DNA of 24,606 bases from a virus. Taxonomy: Duplodnaviria > Caudoviricetes. The stretch spans positions 1 through 24,606 of the IMG/VR virus record IMGVR_UViG_3300030708_000791; one strand, given 5' to 3'. Below the pieces are notes generated by a model. It was not told the DNA's origin. It ran no database searches and worked only from the letters and a program-made list of their open reading frames with translations. The translations under genes and the position numbers were made by a program. Shown here in pieces: positions 18,956-24,606 of the stretch (position 1 is its first letter; the number at the start of each line of letters is the position of its first letter).

Positions 18956-19095
18956 GAAAAAAATTAGATTGGATTGATGAATTGAACAAAAGAGCAGCAA
19001 AACATTTAGTGCGCCTTGGCGTAGAAAAAGATTGGAAGAAAGCTTTCGATGGTATGACAAAGCGTAGAAAAAAAAGAGAAAGGTCAAAAAAATGA
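18952..19095 (+). CDS. Small highly basic protein, 47 aa (not in ORF track)
   Basis: GTGA overlap with the helicase stop and ATGA overlap with the polymerase start. Reads MRKKLDWIDELNKRAAKHLVRLGVEKDWKKAFDGMTKRRKKRERSKK*. Confidence 0.7.
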   Translation: MRKKLDWIDELNKRAAKHLVRLGVEKDWKKAFDGMTKRRKKRERSKK

Positions 19096-20969
19096 CACAG
19101 ATCCCAATGTTTCAACCACCTAGTGAATGGACACCACCACAAAATATTCCTGATTTAAGCCAGGCAAAAGAAATAGCTATTGATTTAGAAACAAACGATA
19201 TCGGAATTAACACAGGTATTGGATCTGGTTGGCCTGTTAAAAAAGGATATGTTGCAGGCGTTGCTATATCTGTTGAAGGTTGGTCTGGTTACTTTCCTTT
19301 ACGACATGAAGGCGGTGGCAACTTTGATGAAAAAATATTTGCAGGACAGTTAAAAAAGATTTTAGAATTACCTTGCGATAAAATTTTTCATAATGCCATG
19401 TATGATGTTGGTTGGTTAAGTTCTATGGGTTTAAAAGTTCATGGTCGCATTATTGACACCATGATTGCCGCTCCTATTGTTGATGAAAATAGATTTAAAT
19501 ATGCATTAAATGAACTTGGTAAACATTATTTAGGTGAAACTAAAAATGAAACATTATTATACGAAGCGGCAAAAAGTTGGGGTGTAGATGCAAAAGCTGA
19601 AATGTGGAAGTTACCGCCAATGTATGTTGGCCCTTACGCAGAAAAAGATACAGATCTTACATTAAAGTTGTGGGGTTATTTTAAAACAGAACTCATTAAA
19701 CAAGATCTAATGAGTATTTTTGATTTAGAAACCAAATTATTTCCTATACTATTTGAAATGAAAAAGAAGGGGGTACGCATTGACCTTGATGAAGCCGAGA
19801 GAACTAAAAAATTATTTGCTAAACGAGAAAAAGAAATACTTGATAAAATCTTTAAAGACACAAAAGTTGCAGTGGATATATGGGCAGCAGCTTCTGTGGC
19901 AAAAGCTTTTGATGCAAAGAACATTAAGTATGAGCGCACTGAAAAGTCTGGTCAGCCTAAGTTTGATAAAAACTTCCTTACAACTCACCCTAGTGATCTT
20001 GCTAAGATGGTTGTTGAAGCTAGAGAGATTAATAAAGCCAGAACCACGTTCATCGATACGATCCTCAAGCATACGCACCGTGGGAGGATTCACGCAGAGA
20101 TTCACCAGATGCGATCCGACCAAGGAGGAACAGTAACCGGTAGGTTCAGTTATAGTAACCCTAACTTACAGCAAATACCTGCGAGAAATAATGTTATTGG
20201 TCCTAGAATAAGAAGTTTATTTATACCTGAAGAAGGTTGCAAGTGGGGTACTTTTGACTACTCGCAACAAGAACCACGTATTACGGTACATTTTGCTAAA
20301 TTAACTAATGGTGGTTTACCTGGTTCAGATACCGTCATAGACGCTTATGAGAATGAAGATGCAGATTTCCATCAAATAGTAGCCGACATGGCTGGAATTG
20401 ATCGTAAAACAGCAAAAACGATTAATTTAGGCATGATGTATGGTATGGGTAAGGGTAAACTTGGTTCAGAATTAGGTTTAGATGAAGAAGATACTGCAGA
20501 TCTATGGAAACAGTACCATAAACGTGTTCCTTTTGTAAAAGAATTAGCAGATAAAGTATCGGCCCGTGCACAAGATGTTGGCTATATTAGAACGTTACTT
20601 GGTAGAAAATGTCGATTTGATTTATGGGAGCCAAATTTATTTGGTGTCAATAAGCCATTACCTCATGTTGAAGCAATGCGTGCGCATGGAAAAAATATTA
20701 GGAGAGCCTTTACGTACAAAGCATTGAATAGATTAATTCAAGGTTCGGCTGCCGATCAAACAAAACAAGCTATGATAGACTTGTATGAGGAAGGCTTTCT
20801 TCCTCATATCCAGGTTCATGATGAATTGAATCTATCTGTTGAAAATCCCGATCAGTACTCGGTTATACAAACAGTAATGGAAAACTGCGTGTCGCTCAAG
20901 GTTAAATGCAAAGTAGATGTTGAAATCGGTGAAAGTTGGGGTACTATCAAAGATATAAATGGCAGATAA
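19092..20969 (+). CDS. polA: Family A DNA polymerase with 3'-5' exonuclease domain, 625 aa
   Basis: Exo motifs DLET, FHNAMYD, YAEKD; TGRFS...PNLQQIP; motif A DYSQQEPR; motif B RKTAKTINLGMMYG; motif C VHDE. No 5'-3' exonuclease domain. Confidence 0.96.
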   Translation: MTQIPMFQPPSEWTPPQNIPDLSQAKEIAIDLETNDIGINTGIGSGWPVKKGYVAGVAISVEGWSGYFPLRHEGGGNFDEKIFAGQLKKILELPCDKIFHNAMYDVGWLSSMGLKVHGRIIDTMIAAPIVDENRFKYALNELGKHYLGETKNETLLYEAAKSWGVDAKAEMWKLPPMYVGPYAEKDTDLTLKLWGYFKTELIKQDLMSIFDLETKLFPILFEMKKKGVRIDLDEAERTKKLFAKREKEILDKIFKDTKVAVDIWAAASVAKAFDAKNIKYERTEKSGQPKFDKNFLTTHPSDLAKMVVEAREINKARTTFIDTILKHTHRGRIHAEIHQMRSDQGGTVTGRFSYSNPNLQQIPARNNVIGPRIRSLFIPEEGCKWGTFDYSQQEPRITVHFAKLTNGGLPGSDTVIDAYENEDADFHQIVADMAGIDRKTAKTINLGMMYGMGKGKLGSELGLDEEDTADLWKQYHKRVPFVKELADKVSARAQDVGYIRTLLGRKCRFDLWEPNLFGVNKPLPHVEAMRAHGKNIRRAFTYKALNRLIQGSAADQTKQAMIDLYEEGFLPHIQVHDELNLSVENPDQYSVIQTVMENCVSLKVKCKVDVEIGESWGTIKDINGR

Positions 20970-21273
20970 AAGTAAATACGCAGAAATGCCTTGGTTTAAG
21001 AGAGCTATAGATAAAAGTATATCTACAACTGAATCTAATGAAACAATAAGGACTGCATCTTTTGAAAAAAATGGCGAGATTTATTTAGTGCCAACAATTA
21101 GATTAATTGACGGAAAATTAAAAAAAATTAAAGACCCACTTAATTTTGCTTTAGAAAAAGGTGATTTTTTGACTGGTTTTAAAAACGAAGAGGAGGCTAC
21201 CAGTTTTTCTAAAAATTTAAGTAATATTGTTGATTTAAAGAGAAAAGAAAACAAAAGTATTTCATATGATTAA
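20959..21273 (+). CDS. Hypothetical protein (LVPTI...F..EEEA..F pattern), 104 aa
   Basis: Overlaps the pol stop; plausible composition. Confidence 0.7.
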   Translation: MADKSKYAEMPWFKRAIDKSISTTESNETIRTASFEKNGEIYLVPTIRLIDGKLKKIKDPLNFALEKGDFLTGFKNEEEATSFSKNLSNIVDLKRKENKSISYD

Positions 21274-21296
21274 ATTTTACTTTAAAATTATTTTGT

Positions 21297-21503
21297 ATGT
21301 TAAAGACGTTTCTTCTGGTGGTTAGTTTATGGGGGTATAATGGTACAACTTGGGTTTATACAGGTAATCAAATGGTGTATCAGCAGGAGTTTGAAAAGTT
21401 AGAAAAATGTCAAGAAATGGGCAGAAAATTTATGAAGTTTGATTTAAACAAATATTTTACTTTTAAAGTTCAATGTATTGAAGATATCCGAAAAGATATT
21501 TGA
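21297..21503 (+). CDS. Small hypothetical protein with hydrophobic N-terminus and a Cys pair, 68 aa
   Basis: MLKTFLLVVSLW...F.....C...C pattern, consistent with an exported disulfide-bonded peptide. Confidence 0.65.
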   Translation: MLKTFLLVVSLWGYNGTTWVYTGNQMVYQQEFEKLEKCQEMGRKFMKFDLNKYFTFKVQCIEDIRKDI

Positions 21504-21528
21504 CTATTTATATAAAATCCCATATATT
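21500..21528 (+). promoter_or_regulatory. Sigma70-like promoter giving a probable leaderless transcript
   Basis: TTGACT (21500-21505), 17 bp, TATATT (21523-21528), then 6 nt to ATG 21535. Confidence 0.75.
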
Positions 21529-21534
21529 ACCTAT

Positions 21535-21708
21535 ATGAATATAGAAAAGTATAAAAGTGTTGCAATTCACAAAGATACGTATGATAAGATTAAGCCAATG
21601 GCTAAAAAAGGTTATATGACTATTAATAATTTTATCCGTATGCTGGTTGATAAGGAACACGCAAAAGAACAAGAAAGTAAGAAAGAGGTTAATGGCGTGA
21701 GCGATTAA
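21535..21708 (+). CDS. Ribbon-helix-helix (CopG/Arc-like) DNA-binding protein, 57 aa
   Basis: KYKSVAIHKDTYDKIKPMAKKGYMTINNFIRMLVDKE fits a beta strand plus two helices. Start moved from TTG 21478 to ATG 21535 because the promoter lies between them. Confidence 0.75.
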   Translation: MNIEKYKSVAIHKDTYDKIKPMAKKGYMTINNFIRMLVDKEHAKEQESKKEVNGVSD

Positions 21709-21897
21709 ATGAAATTGCCTGATAGCCCAATTCGCAAGGTCAAACAATGTCCTAGGTGCAACCGGGTGTCGGTAAAATTTTTTGATCCAAAGCACAATAC
21801 GTCTTATAGTTATGAAGAATGGAGGCAAATAGTACATGAGGGTAGTAAAGCTCTTGATAGATTATTACAGATGTACGACCCAAAATTTTTCGCATAA
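21709..21897 (+). CDS. Hypothetical protein with CxxC, 62 aa
   Basis: Abuts the upstream stop; CPRC motif. Confidence 0.7.
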   Translation: MKLPDSPIRKVKQCPRCNRVSVKFFDPKHNTSYSYEEWRQIVHEGSKALDRLLQMYDPKFFA

Positions 21898-21916
21898 AAA
21901 ACGTTAGGAGAGAAAG

Positions 21917-22117
21917 ATGAGAAAGGAATCTATTTTACCCAAATTTAATTATAAGGCCAAATATGGTAGATTATACACACATGAAACGTGTGAAGACTGT
22001 TATAAAGAATATCTTTGTGATAATATGATTCAAGATAAAAATAATTTTGAAATATGGCGTTGCATAAGATGTTATAATTTTAAAAATAAAGATAGGAGAA
22101 ATAATGGAATCAATTGA
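21917..22117 (+). CDS. Small zinc-finger protein (CEDC...CIRC), 66 aa
   Basis: AGGAG SD; two CxxC pairs. Confidence 0.7.
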   Translation: MRKESILPKFNYKAKYGRLYTHETCEDCYKEYLCDNMIQDKNNFEIWRCIRCYNFKNKDRRNNGIN

Positions 22118-22487
22118 AGATAGAAATATTACTGATTATGAAGATATAGATAAGGCTATAATGGAAGTTGCTAAAAGGTATACGTATCAAGAATTTTTAG
22201 ATGAAGATGTCGTAGAACTTTGTGATGATTTGTTAGATGTTATTAATAAAGATGCTAATTACCGTTATTTGCGTTTATTTAAACTTCATGAATTAGAAAA
22301 TCAAATTGTTGCATTTAAAGAAATTTGTTGGGAAATGAACCAAGCAAAAAGATGGCAACCATGGATTGATGAACAGGTTGATAAAATGAAAGAGGGACCA
22401 ATTAAAGAAGCCGCTTTGAAATTGCGAGAAAAAAATACAAAGAAAAAAGAAGATAAATTAAATAAACTTTTGCAAGATAATTCATGA
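22104..22487 (+). CDS. Hypothetical protein (acidic N-terminus, basic C-terminus), 127 aa
   Basis: AGGAG SD; overlaps both neighbours. Confidence 0.75.
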   Translation: MESIEDRNITDYEDIDKAIMEVAKRYTYQEFLDEDVVELCDDLLDVINKDANYRYLRLFKLHELENQIVAFKEICWEMNQAKRWQPWIDEQVDKMKEGPIKEAALKLREKNTKKKEDKLNKLLQDNS

Positions 22488-22678
22488 CAGGGAGATCTTT
22501 AAAGTTACGTTTAACGGATGAATTTGATGACGTTAGAAGTAAAGTGTTACGTGATCCACGAACCAGGGAAGAATTATTAGATCGTTACAAGTACCACCGT
22601 CTTGAAGATATAATAAAGAAGCGTTATGGCACGAATTATTTTTTACGTATCACGAACCATGGAGCAGTTGTTGAGTGA
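22484..22678 (+). CDS. Hypothetical basic protein, 64 aa
   Basis: ATGA and GTGA overlaps at its two ends. Confidence 0.65.
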   Translation: MTGRSLKLRLTDEFDDVRSKVLRDPRTREELLDRYKYHRLEDIIKKRYGTNYFLRITNHGAVVE

Positions 22679-22899
22679 TTTGTTACAATTGCAAGGGTAA
22701 TGGATATGTCAAAATTAGATTCGAATGTGAAGAAGCAATCACACAATGCAAAGTATGTAACTCGTCTGGCGAAACAAAGAATGATGAACACTATCATCAA
22801 ACATGGTCAGATGGCACAACAGATGAGACAACCTCATTCTATTATGGACCGCCACTTGATCCGGAAGGATTTAAAAATTACAAAATTTATGCCAAGTAA
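22675..22899 (+). CDS. DnaJ-type CxxCxGxG zinc-finger protein, 74 aa
   Basis: CYNCKGNG...CKVCNSSG; GTG start overlapping the upstream stop. Confidence 0.75.
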   Translation: MICYNCKGNGYVKIRFECEEAITQCKVCNSSGETKNDEHYHQTWSDGTTDETTSFYYGPPLDPEGFKNYKIYAK

Positions 22900-22912
22900 A
22901 GTTAAACAGTTT

Positions 22913-23050
22913 AAGGGTGAACCGCCCTTTTAAAGTTGGGATAGAGGGAAATTCCGATGGCTAAACACACAAGTCGTGTCTCAGACGTAGATGGTTCAGG
23001 GCCTCGAATCCCATAAAACGTAATGTCTCTGTTAAATCATCAATGTGTGC
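22913..23050 (+). ncRNA. Candidate structured RNA / structured 3' UTR
   Basis: GC-richer non-coding stretch with hairpin AAGGGTG/CGCCCTT and closing stem TGGGAT.GAGG / CCTC..ATCCCA, ending at a terminator. Folded by eye only. Confidence 0.35.
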
Positions 23051-23078
23051 AAAGGGAGGGTTGACCGCCTCCCTTTTT
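23051..23078 (+). terminator. Rho-independent terminator
   Basis: AAAGGGAGG (23051-23059), loop, CCTCCCTTT (23068-23076), with a T run to 23078. Confidence 0.85.
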
Positions 23079-23132
23079 AATAAGTATAGATTATTTTAGC
23101 CCTAACCAATTTTAAATTACTCATTACCCCCC

Positions 23133-23230
23133 TGTTACACACGTTACAGTGTTACAATACTTTAAATTATTGAATTTATTATGTTTTTACGTAACATCTA
23201 TGTAACATCACCATTTTATATATGTTACAC
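23133..23230. repeat. GTTAC/GTAAC repeat cluster around an AT-rich core; candidate replication origin or packaging site
   Basis: GTTACA at 23134, 23143, 23151 and 23224; inverted GTAAC at 23191 and 23202; nearly pure AT between 23157 and 23190. Confidence 0.7.
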
Positions 23231-23325
23231 TATTGGGATATTTAAAACCATATTAAGATTTTAGTAAATAAGTAGGGTAAAATATAACTATACCTTTTTA
23301 AAAAAATACATATAATTAGGATATT

Positions 23326-23799
23326 ATGCCAAAAATAAGAGATGGTTTGAGTCCAAAACAAAAAGCTTTTGTTGAGATCTTTTGTGCAGAAAATGGTAGA
23401 TTAACACCTACTGAATGTGCAAAACAAGCCGGTTATTCAGAAAAAAGCGCAACCGCAGCAGCTTGTAATCTTCGTAATCCTAAATATTATCCTAAAGTAG
23501 TTGAGGCAATTGAAAATTTACAAAGAGAATATGCAGAAGCTACCAAAGTAGATGTTGTGAGACATTCAAGAGAATTGGCTAGGTTAAGAGAAAAAGCTGT
23601 TGAAAATGGACAGATTGGACCAGCTGTTGTTGCTGAATATAGAAGAGGTCAATTAGCGGGGTTTTATGTTGATAGAAAAGAGGTAGTAACCGCATCTCTT
23701 GATAACATGACCAGGAAAGAACTTGAATCAAAGTTAAAAGAGATACGGGATAATAATATTGTAAATGCCGAGTATGAACTCATAGAAGAAGTAAAATAG
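23326..23799 (+). CDS. terS: Terminase small subunit, 157 aa
   Basis: LSPKQKAFV......T.CAKQAGYS.KSA...A..L...PKV..AI HTH pattern of the Terminase_2 family; AGGA SD. Confidence 0.85.
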   Translation: MPKIRDGLSPKQKAFVEIFCAENGRLTPTECAKQAGYSEKSATAAACNLRNPKYYPKVVEAIENLQREYAEATKVDVVRHSRELARLREKAVENGQIGPAVVAEYRRGQLAGFYVDRKEVVTASLDNMTRKELESKLKEIRDNNIVNAEYELIEEVK

Positions 23800-23851
23800 T
23801 CATTATTAAAAAATATAATAAAATTTTCCACATCATTAATAAAATTAACAT
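23780..23851 (-). CDS. Candidate 23-aa hydrophobic membrane peptide (not in ORF track)
   Basis: ATG directly after the upstream TAG and preceded by GAAAGGGA. Reads MLILLMMWKILLYFLIMTILLLL*. Confidence 0.45.
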   Translation of the reverse strand: MLILLMMWKILLYFLIMTILLLL

Positions 23852-24070
23852 CTAATCCCTTTCATTCTCCTTTACATTAATTATCAACTCAACATCTCTT
23901 GTAGACCACTCACCATTAACTGTCTCGTGCCACTGCTCTAACAAAGGCACTAACTTTTTTAAATCAATACCGTCAGTACCGTCAAGACTGGCTAACAACT
24001 GATTCTTTTTACTCTTACCATTAGTCCACTTTGTACCAATGTTATTCACTACGTATTTATCAATATGCAT
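23852..24070 (-). CDS. Hypothetical protein, 72 aa
   Basis: Start moved from 24145 to ATG 24070, which has an AAGAAAGGGAG SD. Begins MHIDKYVVNNIG. Confidence 0.75.
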   Translation of the reverse strand: MHIDKYVVNNIGTKWTNGKSKKNQLLASLDGTDGIDLKKLVPLLEQWHETVNGEWSTRDVELIINVKENERD

Positions 24071-24089
24071 AACTTTCTCCCTTTCTTTT

Positions 24090-24293
24090 TTATATACAAT
24101 TAATTTCACCACTAAATTGTAATTCATTAGATATTTTTTCTTCAATAAAATTTCTTTCCAAAGCGTAAACTTTCGAGTTTTTAGGAATAATTTTTCCTTG
24201 CCTATCTTTTATTTCAATATCATCTTCATTATCTGTAACTATTCGCCAATAAATAGGATAATATTTTTTTTCTATCTCTTTTAAACTTGTCAT
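24090..24293 (-). CDS. Hypothetical protein, 67 aa
   Basis: AAGAAAGGGA SD before the ATG; first gene downstream of the structured RNA. Confidence 0.75.
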   Translation of the reverse strand: MTSLKEIEKKYYPIYWRIVTDNEDDIEIKDRQGKIIPKNSKVYALERNFIEEKISNELQFSGEINCI

Positions 24294-24309
24294 AATATCC
24301 CTTTCTTAA

Positions 24310-24556
24310 TTTTGCGTAAGACTTATCCGAATAACTCCGTCGCTTACCCACAATGTTAATTCATTGGGACAGGTATATTTTTATAGCCGTTAGCCTGTAT
24401 TGTCCTTGTGTAGTATCCCATGTGGAAATTCCCATGTGGTTTCGCTACATAGACTTTTCATTGTCGGCAACTAAACTAACATTGTCTAGTAAGGGTAGGG
24501 GAAGCGACTTATCAGCCATTCGTTATACAACTATTTCTCTATTGCTTACTAAACAT
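24310..24556 (-). ncRNA. Large structured non-coding RNA or 5' leader of unknown family (about 250 nt)
   Basis: At least six helices found by eye (11, 9, 7, 11-16 bp and two inner hairpins). Imperfections in the long stems are G-U pairs on the minus strand. No long minus-strand ORF; promoter-like sequence immediately upstream. Confidence 0.7.
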
Positions 24557-24557
24557 T

Positions 24558-24590
24558 ATCCTAACTATTCCTAATTAATTGACAAGTCAA
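24558..24590 (-). promoter_or_regulatory. Probable promoter for the structured RNA and reverse-strand operon
   Basis: Palindrome TTGAC-AA-GTCAA (24579-24590) supplies minus-strand -35 candidates TTGACT or TTGTCA, with -10 candidates TAGTTA (17 bp) or TAGGAT (16 bp). The -10 matches are weak. Confidence 0.45.
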
Positions 24591-24606
24591 GAACAAAATG
24601 ATAATG

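Noticed and set aside
12725-20969. Inteins or introns in the helicases, primase or polymerase
   Set aside because: Motifs are contiguous and protein lengths are compact; no splice-junction or homing-endonuclease motifs were seen.
532-21837. Short antisense or nested ORFs in the track (532-756, 857-1042, 993-1340, 4820-5002, 5062-5286, 7646-7837, 8784-8966, 11789-11971, 12901-13161, 16315-16518, 18177-18359, 18936-19142, 19676-19939, 19780-20136, 19812-20123, 21508-21837)
   Set aside because: All overlap better-supported genes and show no motif or convincing SD.
22700-22933. 77-aa + strand ORF
   Set aside because: Out-of-frame overlap with the DnaJ-type zinc-finger gene, which has the recognisable motif and coupled start.
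22937-23013. Possible tRNA (77-nt span, GGTTCA and TCGAATCCCA fragments)
   Set aside because: No cloverleaf could be built; the T-arm stem and anticodon arm are missing.
23133-23230. CRISPR array
   Set aside because: Repeats are only 5-8 bp with irregular spacing, and there are no cas genes in the window.
24445-24519. tmRNA or RNase P identity for the structured RNA (minus strand has UAGUU-GCC-GAC-AAU-GAA resembling a tmRNA resume site, GAAAAGUCU / ACAAUACAGGCUA resembling RNase P CR-I/CR-V, and a 24-codon ORF MADKSLPLPLLDNVSLVADNEKSM)
   Set aside because: No tRNA-like acceptor or T-arm and no CCA end; the tag would lack terminal alanines; the P4 pairing with bulged U does not extend. The resemblance is too partial to call.
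24353-24574. 73-aa + strand ORF from the track
   Set aside because: No SD, atypical composition, and it lies antisense to a region better explained by minus-strand RNA structure.
1-24606. Stop-codon reassignment
   Set aside because: The standard code gives dense, long ORFs, and TAA, TAG and TGA all end genes at coupled junctions. The single break at 8531-8551 is a frame change, not a read-through.

Overview
This is a 24.6-kb piece of an AT-rich tailed-phage genome. Gene content and order resemble marine podoviruses of the HTVC023P/uvMED type (likely SAR11 or other alphaproteobacterial host); that assignment is from recalled gene architecture, not a search. From left to right: (1) a translationally coupled tail and internal-virion (ejection) protein operon at 1-12.7 kb, interrupted by a reverse-strand cassette carrying a 2OG-Fe(II) oxygenase; (2) a PD-(D/E)XK nuclease and a reverse-strand SNF2 helicase; (3) a replication operon with a putative SSB, AEP primase-polymerase, UvrD-like helicase and family A DNA polymerase (Leu762 type); (4) small genes including a leaderless ribbon-helix-helix regulator and zinc-finger proteins; (5) a structured non-coding region with a terminator and a GTTAC-repeat origin-like element; (6) terminase small subunit; (7) a convergent reverse-strand small-gene operon. 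The most striking unexplained feature is a roughly 250-nt, extensively base-paired, pseudoknot-capable RNA on the minus strand (about 24310-24556). Its long stems deviate from perfect complementarity almost only by G-U wobbles on that strand. Other notable items are a -1 frame break in an A7 run at the start of the largest virion gene, a switch-like 5' UTR ahead of the ejection-protein genes, a second candidate structured RNA, and several small ORFs missed by the ORF track.
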